64,000 nt of DNA from an uncultured Acidobacteriota bacterium (GCA_963716925.1 CAVQUX010000015.1:308104-372103), one strand, 5' to 3'. Counted from the first letter of the stretch, positions 23,214 through 35,392 are shown. The notes: generated from the sequence alone by a model not told the origin. Translations and numbers: made by a program.

Positions 23214-24994
23214 CTAGGCGTTTTCGGGACGGTCATCCGCGTTACGGTTGGACGGCTCCACGGGGATCCTTCCCGCAACGTTGAAGGCAGCGCCATCGGT
23301 GATTGCCGATGCGTGGGTTGTCGTCAGCGGCTGCGAGTGTTCGAGGCCGACGAGTGTCCACCCGGCCGCCTCGCGGCGGAAGTAGGCACGTACGGGAACC
23401 GCCCAGGCAGGACTCGCCGGCGCCAGCGCACGGATGTCAACGCGCACGAACGCGCCGACGTCGCTCGGAAGCGCAGTCGGGGCGCTTGCGCTCGTGGAGC
23501 GAGTCTCGGTGACGTCGCCCAGTGGAGCGGCGTCGCCCGTCGCGTTGTCGAACCGGTACCAGGCGACGCGGTACGAGGAGGGTGCGGTCGCAACGCCGCT
23601 ATCGACCGCGGCGTTGTGGAAGGTCAGCAGGCCGGTATCATCCAACGATGGGGCGACGATGGGGTTGATCTTGGTCAGGAAGGCCCGACCAATGGCGTTG
23701 CGACGCCCGACCAGTGTTTCCACCAGGTAGTCCTCGGCCGCCGGGTCACTGAATTTCCCGCTCTTCACCGCCGCCGCAATCATCGGCTCGGTGACCGCCA
23801 TGACCTTGCGCGCCGCCCAGAACGTGTCGTCCGGCTGGGCGCGGAGGTACGCGGCGTTCGGCACCCGGCTCCGCCACGATTCGGGGTCGAAGCGATCCGC
23901 TTCTATCCGACCGACCCCGCGGAGGTTCGGGTAGGGGATGGTGCGCCAGTCCTCGATGGGGAATCCGAATCCCAGAAGCTTCTTGAGAAGCGGTTTGCCG
24001 GCGTAAAGGTATTCGTAGCCTTCCCAGTACTCATTGGGAGCGATCCCGGCGCTACCGAGCGTCGATCCGAAGTCGAGCACGTGATGGCGGACGATCGTCT
24101 TACCATCGACAGTGACGAGCGTGTCGAGCGTGTTGCCCGCTTTCGCATCCACCCGGTCGATCCAGGCGGCGAACACGTCCATCGCGCGCAACTCGCGCCG
24201 GTTCTCGTGGGGCACGATGTCGTTGGGATCGTCGGCGCGGGTGCCATAGTACAGAAATTCTCCCACCGGCTTGCCGTCGAGCGCTTTGCTCGTGATCGCA
24301 CGATAAGCTGCCGTCGGGGCTCCGGTCCACCAGAGCCAGCACCCGGTCGACGTCGCTGGCCGTCAGCCGTCGCCGTTTGCCATGCACCGTGATGGTGGCG
24401 TCCGGGCCCACCACCAGGTCCCCGCGGCGAATCGTCACCACGTGCGTCTCCGCGACGTAGTAGCCAAGGGCCCAGAACAGCTTCGTGGCCACGACTTCCG
24501 CTCCGGTGGCCTGTTCGGGGTACCCCGGGGCGTCGAACTTGATGAACCAGAGGACTCCGGCCGCGTCCCGGATCGTGAAACCCGGCCTCACGCCCTCCGA
24601 CTTTCCGGACACGACGGTCCAACGGCCGCACCGGTCCGTCCGTGGTGTCCGGGCCTCTGGCGACGTCCGCCAAGGACAGCGTTCGAGATCCGACGCGATT
24701 CGTGAACCAGCTGGAATCGGGAACCTCGTCGATGGTGTTGACGTTCCGTGCGCGTCCCCGGGTCGGATCGCCTTCCTTGACGAACAGGCTGGAAAGGATG
24801 TCCCACGACAGGTGGATCGGGAACGGTCGTACGTGCGACGCGTCGGCCGGGTCCGGTTCCCGCGCGATCGGATCGTCGTGAAAGAACGCGGGTCCCGCGG
24901 CCGACAGGGGCGGACTGAGCAGTACCGCGAGCGCGATTGCGGCGCCGGCACGGCGAGCGCATCCGTGGAGGTTGGGAAGCCTTGGAGTCATCAT
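23214..24994 (-). CDS. hypothetical secreted protein with a possible kinase-like catalytic motif, at least 2 frameshifts
   Basis: Signal peptide MMTPRLPN...AIALAVLLSPPLSAAG; segments WFIKFDAPGYPEQATGAEVVATKLFWALGYY and GNTLDTLVTVDGKTIVRHHVLDFGSTLGS resemble PI3/4-kinase or HipA-type folds; this assignment is uncertain. Confidence 0.35.
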
Positions 24995-25002
24995 GATCCA
25001 CC

Positions 25003-26166
25003 TCAGAAGCTGACAGTGCGCGCGAAGTTGTAACGCCAGCCCTCGACGCTGTGGGCCACTTCGAGACGGAGCGCGGTGTAAGTCGAGCCGTGAAACCGGG
25101 CGCCGATACCCCATCCCCGCTTCAAGTCGTGCAGGTCGAGCGCACCCGCGCTTGCGGCGACGGTTCCGTGGTCGAGGAAGACCGCCATGTCGACCAGCGG
25201 GGACGGTGTCCAGCGCAGCTCGCACCTCAGGAGCAGGCTGTTGTTGTCCGTGAAACGGTAGTCTGCGAACCCGGGAAGCGTGTCCCGCCCGCCGATCCAG
25301 GGCAGCATGAAGAAAGGGATGACCTGCCCCTGCGCCGACGAGGCCAGGTCGGCTCGCGCCTGCAGGGCGATGATCCAGTTGTTGTGAAGGAGGGGCACGA
25401 ACTGCCGGAGGTCGATCTCGGTTCGGGTGAAGTCGGCAGCGGTTCCGCGGCCTGCGTAGTCGTGGAAGCCGACGCGGTACAGGCCGCCGGAACTCGTGTA
25501 CCCGGGCGATTGGCGCGAATCGACCGCCGCGTACGCCGTAGTGTGCCACCATTCCGCGGTCGAGCTCGTACCGATAGTCGGCGCGTCTCCGGTCCCCTCG
25601 CTCGATTGGACGTCCAGATAGCTCGCGCCCACGCCGTATCGGAACCACCGGGCGCTGCGGGCCTGCACTTCGCCGCCGACTTCCGTTGTCCGCAGGCCGT
25701 AACTCACCCCGTCATCGATCGAAGTGCCGGTGCCGAGTCCAAAGAACTGAAGTTCTGGAGCGTCTTCCCACCTGGCAACGGCGCGTACGCGCACCCGGTC
25801 GGTGGCCAGGGGCGGTATGTCCACCGCCGTCTCCACCTCCTTGAAGTGCTTCACCGACCATGCCGCCGAAACGTCCCACAATCCACGCTCGCCCACGGGC
25901 ATCTCGTAGCCAACGCCGAGGGCGAAGCCGCCGCCGGGCCGAAAATCACCGAAGTGGAGGCGGATGGCCGGTGGCGCCGGCAGCAATATGTGCTCGAGCT
26001 CGGTGATGATGACGTCACCCTTCTCGCGCGTTTCGGGCTTCACGTCAGCGGCCTTGGCTGCTTTCTCGTCACTGATCTGTTCAGCACGTGTTGCTTGCGC
26101 CCAGGCACGAGGTGCCATGAGCCAAGCGATCAGCCAAAGGGCGGCTCCGGGGTACCTGCGCGGCAT
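25003..26166 (-). CDS. outer-membrane beta-barrel protein (hypothetical)
   Basis: Signal peptide; alternating amphipathic beta-strand pattern; C-terminal ...RYNFARTVSF ending in Phe; intact 387 aa ORF. Confidence 0.55.
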   Translation of the reverse strand: MPRRYPGAALWLIAWLMAPRAWAQATRAEQISDEKAAKAADVKPETREKGDVIITELEHILLPAPPAIRLHFGDFRPGGGFALGVGYEMPVGERGLWDVSAAWSVKHFKEVETAVDIPPLATDRVRVRAVARWEDAPELQFFGLGTGTSIDDGVSYGLRTTEVGGEVQARSARWFRYGVGASYLDVQSSEGTGDAPTIGTSSTAEWWHTTAYAAVDSRQSPGYTSSGGLYRVGFHDYAGRGTAADFTRTEIDLRQFVPLLHNNWIIALQARADLASSAQGQVIPFFMLPWIGGRDTLPGFADYRFTDNNSLLLRCELRWTPSPLVDMAVFLDHGTVAASAGALDLHDLKRGWGIGARFHGSTYTALRLEVAHSVEGWRYNFARTVSF

Positions 26167-26223
26167 GTCTGTTCCTCCACCGTGGATTTGACGCGAAAAG
26201 ACTGATGCGAACGTGAAGCCGCG

Positions 26224-26240
26224 ATTAATTCGGATTAATC
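26224..26240. promoter_or_regulatory. ATTAA-N6-TTAATC dyad motif (site 4 of 7)
   Basis: gcgATTAATTCGGATTAATCC, same flank as sites 1 and 2. Confidence 0.45.
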
Positions 26241-26267
26241 CCCGTCGTCCGTTGGTGGTCGCCGGTC

Positions 26268-26284
26268 ATTAAAAGGAGTTAATC
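26268..26284. promoter_or_regulatory. ATTAA-N6-TTAATC dyad motif (site 5 of 7)
   Basis: gtcATTAAAAGGAGTTAATCgg...tCACG, same flank as sites 3, 6 and 7; tandem with site 4, about 75 bp upstream of the PAP2 gene. Confidence 0.45.
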
Positions 26285-26358
26285 GGGGTTTCACGTCGCG
26301 CTCACGCGGGTTGCTGCGTAATACACGGAGACACACGAGCGTGTCGAGGAGAAGCGAC

Positions 26359-27297
26359 ATGACGTCATCTGGAATGATCCTGGTTCTTGCTGCGGCGCTG
26401 GGCGTGCCCGCCACGGGGCGAGCGTCGTCGAGGGACGACGGGAGCGTCGCAGAAACGGACCGCACGCGGCAAGCGGAGCCGGCCCAGCCCCCAGTGGAGG
26501 ACGGTGCTGTGTTGCCGAAGGAGCAGTCGCCGGCGATCGACCCATCGCAGACCAGAGCGGCCGAGGAGGACGTGCCGCAGGACGGGAAAACCGGATTACG
26601 CACGCTTTTCCGTGATCTTGGCAGCGACTTCGCGCACCTGCCGTCTCGCGATTCGCTCTTCGTCGCCAGCATAGGGGGTACCGCCGCTCTCGCCCTGCAC
26701 CCGTTCGACGCGACGTTCAACGAGCACCTCCAAGACTCATCGTTCTTCAGCGCTGGCGATCGGCTCGGAAACACGTTCACGCTCATGGGCGCGACGTTCG
26801 CCGTGTACGGCGTCGGGCTCGCGACCGGCCATCATCGCGTCACCCACGTGGCGATGGACGTGGTGCGAGCGCAGCTCGTGAGCGAAGCCCTGGTGCAGTC
26901 GTTGAAGGTGGCGGTGCGCCGGGAGCGGCCGGACGGCAGCAGCGGCTATTCGTTTCCGTCCGGCCATGCGGCGGTGACGTTCGCCACCGCCACCGTGCTC
27001 CAGCGGCATCATGGCCTCAAGTGGGCCCTGCCGGCCTACGGGCTGGCGACGTATGTGGCCATGTCGCGGCTTCACGACAACGTGCACTACCTGAGCGACG
27101 TCGTCTTCGGGGCGACCATCGGTACGCTGGTCGGGCGGACCGTGACTCGACACGGCCCCCAGAACTTCGCCTTCATGCCGATGGCGGTACCTGGCGGCGC
27201 GGCGTTTGTCGTCCTGTACTCACCCAGAGGCTCAATAGAGTGCGGCTTCAACGGACCTCGCCGAGTACCGCTGCGGTTCGCCCAGTCCAGTCATTAA
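26359..27297 (+). CDS. PAP2-family (acid) phosphatase
   Basis: KVAVRRERP, FPSGHAA and SRLHDNVHYLSDV motifs (KxxxxxxRP / PSGH / SRxxxxxHxxxD). Confidence 0.75.
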   Translation: MTSSGMILVLAAALGVPATGRASSRDDGSVAETDRTRQAEPAQPPVEDGAVLPKEQSPAIDPSQTRAAEEDVPQDGKTGLRTLFRDLGSDFAHLPSRDSLFVASIGGTAALALHPFDATFNEHLQDSSFFSAGDRLGNTFTLMGATFAVYGVGLATGHHRVTHVAMDVVRAQLVSEALVQSLKVAVRRERPDGSSGYSFPSGHAAVTFATATVLQRHHGLKWALPAYGLATYVAMSRLHDNVHYLSDVVFGATIGTLVGRTVTRHGPQNFAFMPMAVPGGAAFVVLYSPRGSIECGFNGPRRVPLRFAQSSH

Positions 27298-27441
27298 GGG
27301 AAGTTAAGCGGTCGCTCACGCTCCGATCATCGGCGAGAGGTCAAATGGAGTTGAGAGCATCCAGCGGTGCAGCGCCGGTGGCTCGGTGAGCCTCGGGCGG
27401 TGCCGCGAAAAAAGAGGAGAGACGTCATGAGACTTCGCCGT
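27288..27441 (+). repeat. about 155-bp upstream cassette (promoter, 5'UTR, RBS and first 5 codons MRLR), copy 1 of 2
   Basis: GTCATTAAGGGAAGTTAAGCGGTCGCTCACGCTCCGATCATCGGCGAGAGGTCAAATGGA...GCGGTGCCGCGAAAAAAGAGGAGAGACGTCATGAGACTTCGCC is near-identical to 34458-34610. Confidence 0.7.
27293..27309. promoter_or_regulatory. ATTAA-N6-TTAAGC dyad motif (site 6 of 7)
   Basis: tcATTAAGGGAAGTTAAGCggtcgCTCACG. Confidence 0.45.
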
Positions 27442-28041
27442 AGGAGTCAAGAAATGCTCATCCGACCCTTGAAGATCCACTGGTTTCCGGCCGCTTTGAT
27501 CATCGGCTTGCTCGGAGCGGCCTGCGCCGAAGCTCCCGAGAGCGAGGAAAAAGACGCGAAATCGGCGATCGCGATGGCCCGCGCCGCCGAGGCGGCAGTC
27601 TACGCCCCCGACACCCTCGCCCTTGCCGAAAAGGCGATGACGGATGCCGCCCGAGCGATAGACACCGAAGCGCACCGCTTCGGTCCGATGCGCAGCTACA
27701 GGGAAGCCTCGAGACTTCTCGAAGAAGCGAAGACCCGCGCCGATGAAGCGAAGGCTCAGGCGGAGCAAGAGCGCGAGAAGTGGATGCGTGACGCGAAATC
27801 CGCCGTCGCTGATGCACGCAGCGGGCTCGAGCAGGCGAATGCGGCCCTCGCCAAAGCGCCGAGACAGCTCGCGCAGCAGCCCGAGATGAAGAAGAGGGGC
27901 GAGGACTGCGAGAAGCTGCTCTATGACGCGGAGAAGGCCTTCGACGCCAAGAGCTACAAGGACGCCGCGGAGAAGGCCCGAGACGCTCAAGCCGCGGCGG
28001 ACGACCTTGTCGAGAGCCTCCTGGTGGGTTTCCGAGGGTGA
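27427..28041 (+). CDS. hypothetical lipoprotein, Ala/Lys/Glu-rich coiled-coil
   Basis: Signal peptide with lipobox LLGAAC; helical low-complexity body. Confidence 0.5.
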   Translation: MRLRRRSQEMLIRPLKIHWFPAALIIGLLGAACAEAPESEEKDAKSAIAMARAAEAAVYAPDTLALAEKAMTDAARAIDTEAHRFGPMRSYREASRLLEEAKTRADEAKAQAEQEREKWMRDAKSAVADARSGLEQANAALAKAPRQLAQQPEMKKRGEDCEKLLYDAEKAFDAKSYKDAAEKARDAQAAADDLVESLLVGFRG

Positions 28042-28165
28042 GCTGGGGAGTTTCCCAGGTGCGGGGTCCCGTATCGGTGGATAAGGTTCACGACCGGGGG
28101 CCTATCCGTCTCGCCTGTGCGAAGTGGACCATTTTCTACGCCGAAAGGCGCGAAGGAGAGGGGTG

Positions 28166-28582
28166 ATGCAGAGTGCGGTCTTGGTTGCCGGGAAGAGAAG
28201 CGCGGCCGTGGCTCGACGGGTCGAGAAGGTTTGGTCCGTCATACTCGCCGACGGCGAGGGAACGCGGATCAAGCCGTTCATCGAGATGTGGTTCGGCGAC
28301 GGCCGCCCGAAGCAGTACTGCACTTTCACCGGAACGCGCTCGCTCTTTCAACATACCGTCGACCGAGCGGACTCCTTGGCGCCGCAGGCCCAGCGAATCG
28401 TGGTGGCGGCAGCTCACCACGACCGGTACGTCCGCGAACAACTCGGCGATAGGGAGGGACGAGTGCTCTTTCAACCCCGCAATCGTGGCACGGCGCCTGG
28501 AATCCTCCTTCCGCTCACCTACGTCCTCGCGCTCGCCCCGGAGGCTCTCGTCGTCATTTATCCATCCGATCACTTCGTCTAG
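28166..28582 (+). pseudogene. N-terminal fragment of a sugar-1-phosphate nucleotidyltransferase (ManC/GMP-like), truncated after 138 aa
   Basis: ILADGEGTRIKPF...GRPKQY...NRGTAPGILLP...VIYPSDHFV then a stop; no continuation detectable in 28583-28899. Confidence 0.45.
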
Positions 28583-28899
28583 TCGCGCGAACTCGGATTG
28601 CGGATCAAACGAGCGATGGATAGGAAACGCTTGGGACGAGGGTTGCCCGCGCCACATCAATCACTCCGAACGACGCTCGAGCGCCTCGGCGTCTTTCGGT
28701 ACGGAGCGCAGGCGAGAGCCGGGCGAAAGATCAGGTCGGGGCCCGGTTGGAACGCTGACCCGGGAGTTCAGGGAAATGAAGGAATACGAGTTCGGCCCAG
28801 ACATCCTGCCTCTAGCATTCGAACGGTTCGTCTTCGCGGTTCACCCGCAGGTCGCTGTTGACCGGGGCGGAAAGACTCGCGCAGACAGGAGATTCGTCC

Positions 28900-29592
28900 A
28901 TGGATCCAATCACCATCATCGGCGTGGCCCTGGTGGCCATCGTTTCCATCACCAGTCACGAGGCGGCCCACGGTTTCGTGGCCGATCGTTTCGGCGATCC
29001 CACGGCGCGCGAGCAGGGGCGCCTTACCCTGAATCCGCTTCCGCACATCGACCTGTTTTTCACAATCCTGCTTCCGCTCGTGTTGATCCTGTCCCGCTCG
29101 GGCTTCATCTTCGGAGGCGCCAAGCCGGTTCCGGTGAACGTGTCGCGGTTGCGGAACCCTCGACGCGACTGGGCGCTGGTGGGCGCCGCGGGGCCGCTCA
29201 TGAACGTGCTCATCGCCCTCGTGCTTACGGTCCTGCTCTCGGCCGCCGCGCACCTCGGCCTCGCCGATGCGTCTTCGAGCCTGACGGAGATCCTCTCGGT
29301 GGGTATCTTCCTCAACGCGCTGCTCGCGATTTTCAATCTCATCCCGATTCCTCCCCTCGACGGGTCGCGAGTGCTCCAGTACTTCCTCTCCGGGGAGAGT
29401 CTCGACCTCTACCGGCGCGTCGAGCAGTTCGGCCTGTTGATCCTCATCGCCCTCCTCTTCCTCGTCCCATCGTTCCAGTTCTTTCTGGCGGACGCGATCT
29501 TCGGGCTCGTCGCGATTATCACGGCGCCGTTTGGCGTGTGGGCAGACGTCGAGCCGCTGCTCCGAAGTCTTCTATTTCCGCCCGGTACGTGA
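28900..29592 (+). CDS. site-2-protease-type M50 metallopeptidase (small membrane form)
   Basis: HEAAHG (HExxH) and [10 protein letters not shown] motifs; 231 aa, 4-6 TM. Confidence 0.75.
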   Translation: MDPITIIGVALVAIVSITSHEAAHGFVADRFGDPTAREQGRLTLNPLPHIDLFFTILLPLVLILSRSGFIFGGAKPVPVNVSRLRNPRRDWALVGAAGPLMNVLIALVLTVLLSAAAHLGLADASSSLTEILSVGIFLNALLAIFNLIPIPPLDGSRVLQYFLSGESLDLYRRVEQFGLLILIALLFLVPSFQFFLADAIFGLVAIITAPFGVWADVEPLLRSLLFPPGT

Positions 29593-29638
29593 TGGACGAC
29601 TCCGCGTTGTAGACTCGTACCGCGGATCGAGAACGAGC

Positions 29639-31770
<2,132 letters not shown>

Positions 31771-31901
31771 TTGTCAGAGATTCAGGAAGCGGCCGACGTG
31801 AACGCTATCAACGCGTTATCGACACCCGGGTCCTCCGCGACGGCTTGCGGGCATGAGTCTTGCGCATGATCCCAACGGTGGGGGAACGAAAGGGTGGAAA
31901 A

Positions 31902-32780
31902 ATGAGACGAATAGGCGCTCTCGAATTTGCCTTCGCGCTGATGCTTGTTCCCGGCCGCTCGATGGCGGGCCAGGAGGCGCTCTATACCGACGGAGAGCTC
32001 GAAGATTGCCTCCTGGCCGACCTGTCGCATCTCGACATCCACGGTCTCGACGTCCGGGTCGTCGGGGGCATGGTCGACGTTTCGGGCGAAGTGGGAAGTC
32101 TGGCCGAGAAGAAGGAAGCGGAATCGACGATAAGGCGAAGATCGCAGGTGCGCGACGTCTCCAACGAGCTTCGAGTGGCGCAGGTTCCCGATGCCGAGCT
32201 GCAGCGAGACGTCCTGGCGGCGCTCGAGGACAGCCGCCACTACACGATTTACGACGAGCTGAGCGCATCCGTCTCCGGAGGTGTCGTGACTCTCGCCGGT
32301 CGCGTGCCTCGGGACAGCGCTCTCGACGGAGTCGTGAGCGACCTGTCAAAGGTGCGGGGCGTCCGCGCGATCCAGAACGAGGTGCGAATCCTTCCCTACA
32401 CTCCGGAAGAGGAAAAGCTGCAGGAAGGGGTAGCCATCGACGTCTCGGCGGCTCTGGTGAAGCTCGATCGACGAACTTCTTCCCTCCATGTCGTCATCGA
32501 GAACGACACGGTCACTTTGAGCGGGATGGTCGGGGACGACATTGCGAGGAGAGCCGCGGAAGAGGCAGCCCGTCGATCGGCAGGCGTAAAAGAGGTACAG
32601 AATCGGCTCCGGATCGGGGAGCCCTGGACGCGACCGCGATCCTCGATACCGGAAGACTCTATCGATCGCGGCACGGAGCTTGCGAAGGCTCCCCGCGCCA
32701 CGGCTGCCCGCGCCTTTGCACGGCAGGACGGGTCACACCGCTATGCGGGGATAGACCTGGGCAGCAATGATCACAAGTAG
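31902..32780 (+). CDS. BON-domain periplasmic protein (three or four BON repeats)
   Basis: Signal peptide MRRIGALEFAFALMLVPGRSMAG; repeated BON-like segments. Confidence 0.65.
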   Translation: MRRIGALEFAFALMLVPGRSMAGQEALYTDGELEDCLLADLSHLDIHGLDVRVVGGMVDVSGEVGSLAEKKEAESTIRRRSQVRDVSNELRVAQVPDAELQRDVLAALEDSRHYTIYDELSASVSGGVVTLAGRVPRDSALDGVVSDLSKVRGVRAIQNEVRILPYTPEEEKLQEGVAIDVSAALVKLDRRTSSLHVVIENDTVTLSGMVGDDIARRAAEEAARRSAGVKEVQNRLRIGEPWTRPRSSIPEDSIDRGTELAKAPRATAARAFARQDGSHRYAGIDLGSNDHK

Positions 32781-33029
32781 AGTCGTGGTCGAAAGGAGCA
32801 GCAGGAAATCCGTGCCAATGCCAAAGATGCTGGTTCCTCCCGCAATCATGAAAGCTCGAAGCACATCGACCTCGTAGCTGAGCGGGTTGATCCGCGCAAC
32901 GAGACGCAACCAATCGGGCATGATCGCCAACGGGTAGATGGCGTTGCTGGCGAAGAATAGAGGCATCGTCAGGATCTGCCCGATCCCCATGAACCGCTCG
33001 CGAGTCTTGACGATGGCTGCGATGATCAA
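32733..33029 (-). pseudogene. C-terminal fragment of an ABC-2-type transporter permease
   Basis: Last 2-3 TM helices only (…INPLSYEVDVLRA…); no upstream remainder of the gene; overlaps the 3' end of the BON gene. Confidence 0.4.
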
Positions 33030-33099
33030 CGAAAGGGTGGCGAAGCAGCCGCGCCACCGCTATGTGCGCGCGGGGCGGACTGCTTTCCTCTCACGGGAC

Positions 33100-33847
33100 G
33101 TCGGGAGTGGCGCGGCCCGCCGCGCTCCTCTCCGACGATGAGAAACAGCCATTTGACCAGGCGGGTGGTCACCTCCTCGACATGCAGCGCCGGGTGGGCC
33201 GTCTGGATGAGCTCGGTCGTTCGGCCGAAGTACGTCCCAACGCCGGTCGCCACGACGACAGCGGTGGCCTCACCCCGACGAACGCTCGATCCGGAGTAAA
33301 CGGCTTCGTCCGCCGCCCTTTTGGCCTCCTGAGATTCTCCCGTCAGTGCAGACTGGTCCACCCGCAACTCGCCCTCGAGGATGAGTGCGTCGGCGGGGAC
33401 GATATCCCCCGCACGCACGCGCACCACGTCGCCTTTCACCAGCTCACGCGCTGCGAGAGGCTTCCAGGTCCCGTCGCGAAGCACTCGAGCCGTGACCTGG
33501 AGCCGGCGCCGAAGAGCGGACACGGCCGCCGAGGCGCGTTGCTCGTGCAGGAAACCGAGGGTCGCGTTCACCGTGAGCAGCGCGAGGGCGTTCCAGAAGT
33601 CAGCCCGCTTGTCGAGAATGAGGGAGAGGGCCACGATCAGCTCGAGCATCCACGCGGAAAGCCCCCAGAATTTGCTCGCGAGTCGAGCGAGCGGGTGAGC
33701 GCTCTTCTCGGGAACCTCGTTCGCACCCTCCCGGTCCAGCCTGAGCCTCGCCTCGGCAGCGGTCAGACCGGCCTCGCGGCTCGAGCCGAGGAATTGAATG
33801 GCGTCCGTCGCGGACTGGACCGGTTTGTGCGGTTCGATATCGGGCAT
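33100..33847 (-). pseudogene. N-terminal fragment of a P-type ATPase (PMA/H+ or Mg2+ type): TM1-2 plus actuator domain only
   Basis: GLTAAEARLRLDREGANEVPEK, TM helices, VLRDGTWKP...GDIVPADALILEG...ALTGES, then loss of homology; no DKTGT region follows. Confidence 0.5.
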
Positions 33848-33915
33848 CACCACGGCGGAGCTCGTCAGGTCGGTCCTCGGGCGACGAGCACGCGGATTGA
33901 CTCCAACGCGTCTGA

Positions 33916-34110
33916 GAGAGCCTCAGCGGGCTCGATCTTCAGAGTGAGCTCGCCAGAGCCGGGGCGTGTATTCCCGTCATTTTCGTCACCGGTCACGGTG
34001 ACATCGCGATGTCCGTGCGGGCTATGAAGGCCGGCGCGGTGGAGTTCTTCACGAAGCCGTTCCGCGATCAAGACCTTCTCGATGCGGTTCAAGACGCTAT
34101 CGAAGGCGGC
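33916..34110 (+). pseudogene. C-terminal half of a FixJ/NarL-type receiver domain (fragment)
   Basis: ESLSGLDLQSELARAGACIPVIFVTGHGDIAMSVRAMKAGAVEFFTKPFRDQDLLDAVQDAIE; in-frame stop immediately upstream; no HTH follows. Confidence 0.45.
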
Positions 34111-34140
34111 GCACGTCGAGCACCAGGCAGTCGGGAACGT

Positions 34141-34257
34141 CTCCGGTTGCTCCTGGTGCAGGAACTCCTGCGCCGAGCCGAAAGTCCCGACGCCGAGCCC
34201 CACCGAGCGGAGGAGACTGCTGAGTGCTTCGCGAATAGGTGGGGCGTCATCAATCAC
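34141..34257 (-). pseudogene. N-terminal 39 aa of a FixJ/NarL-type receiver domain, on the opposite strand and head-on to the previous fragment
   Basis: MIDDAPPIREALSSLLRSVGLGVGTFGSAQEFLHQEQPE; the two halves converge at about 34115-34140, implying an inversion breakpoint inside one receiver gene. Confidence 0.4.
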
Positions 34258-34457
34258 ATACTGGCTCGGCTTCCTTCATGACCGACGCTCTGGCCTCTTC
34301 GCACCTAAGTGCAGTCTTACCACGACCATGTCAACAGGGATCGGCCGCGGGACCGGCGACCGAACCGAGGCGACGAGAAACAGGTTCTCCTGCCTTGCTC
34401 TTCCCTGTGCTCTCTCGGGCCAGTCAGCTCCCCGCGCACCCCCGGAAAGCGGGCAAG

Positions 34458-34610
34458 GGGGTCATTAAGCGGAGTTAATCGGTCACTCACGCTCCGATCA
34501 TCGGCGAGAGGTCAAATAGAACTGGGAAAACGGTTCGGCGTTGCGAGTGGCTCGGCGTTCAGCGCGGTGCCGCAAAAAAGAGAAGGAGAGACGTCATGAG
34601 ACTTCGCAAG
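34458..34610 (+). repeat. about 155-bp upstream cassette, copy 2 of 2 (see 27288-27441)
   Basis: GTCATTAAGCGGAGTTAATCGGTCACTCACGCTCCGATCATCGGCGAGAGGTCAAATAGA...GCGGTGCCGCAAAAAAGAGAAGGAGAGACGTCATGAGACTTCGCAAG. Confidence 0.7.
34464..34480. promoter_or_regulatory. ATTAA-N6-TTAATC dyad motif (site 7 of 7)
   Basis: gtcATTAAGCGGAGTTAATCggtcaCTCACG. Confidence 0.45.
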
Positions 34611-35231
34611 ATGGTGAACGCGTCGATGGTCGCCCTGGGGCTCGGCCTCGCCGCTCTGCCCGCGCTCGCGCGGGACAAGCCCCGATCCGCGGTCGACGAG
34701 ATTCGCAAAGAGCTGCTCCAGCTGCCGTATTACGGGGTGTTCGACTTTCTGGCGTTCAAGTACGACCAGGGATCCCTCACCCTGATGGGCTACGCCTATC
34801 GGCCCGTTCTGAAGAACGATGCCGAGAGAGCGGTGAAGCGGGTGGCTGAGGTCCAGACGGTGGAAAACCAGGTCGAGGAATTACCTCTGTCGCCGAACGA
34901 CGACAGTCTGCGTTGGCAGGTGTACTACGCGATCTATCGCGATCCCTTCCTGTCACGCTACGCACCCGGAGGCGGGCTCCTGTGGGGTCACCGGCATCCA
35001 TTCCTCGCCGGCACGTTCCTGCCGCTCGGGCCGAGTCGGTTCCCGGGCACCGAGCCGGCGGGCGACTACCCGATTCACATCATCGTGAAGAATGGCCGGG
35101 TCTTGCTGCTGGGAGTAGTGGATTCGGAGTCGGACAAGACAATCGCGGGTGTGCGGGCGCGAGAAGTGCCAGGTTCGTTCGCGATCGACAATGAGCTCGC
35201 TGTCGATCATCCGCCGTCGGGCAAGACGTAG
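34596..35231 (+). CDS. BON-domain periplasmic protein (two BON repeats)
   Basis: Signal peptide MRLRKMVNASMVALGLGLAALPALA; YGVFDFLAFKYDQGSLTLMGY and IHIIVKNGRVLLLGVVDSE BON-like segments. Confidence 0.6.
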   Translation: MRLRKMVNASMVALGLGLAALPALARDKPRSAVDEIRKELLQLPYYGVFDFLAFKYDQGSLTLMGYAYRPVLKNDAERAVKRVAEVQTVENQVEELPLSPNDDSLRWQVYYAIYRDPFLSRYAPGGGLLWGHRHPFLAGTFLPLGPSRFPGTEPAGDYPIHIIVKNGRVLLLGVVDSESDKTIAGVRAREVPGSFAIDNELAVDHPPSGKT

Positions 35232-35366
35232 GGGCGGAGTTGAAGGTGCAATCGGTGTTTTCAGTGGAAGAAATCGCAGGCTTGATCGCTGGTAGGTCGG
35301 CGTTCTTCGCCGGAAGGCCGCGCCCGTTGGCGCGAGCTGACCGAGGAGGAATTCCGGTCAATAAAC

Positions 35367-35380
35367 GTCCCGTACGGGAC
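35367..35380. promoter_or_regulatory. perfect 14-bp palindrome GTCCCGTACGGGAC, 13 bp upstream of the ATG (operator or 5'UTR hairpin)
   Basis: Seen directly, between the 35367 site and the RBS AGGAGA. Confidence 0.35.
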
Positions 35381-35392
35381 ACAAGGAGAAAG

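Noticed and set aside
28598-28861. 87-aa ORF between the nucleotidyltransferase fragment and the M50 protease gene
   Set aside because: Arg-rich with no motifs. It likely lies within decayed remnant DNA.
33865-34257. 130-aa ORF on the minus strand as an intact response regulator
   Set aside because: Only its first 39 aa are receiver-like. The rest is the antisense reading of the plus-strand receiver C-half. Treated as two fragments rather than one gene.
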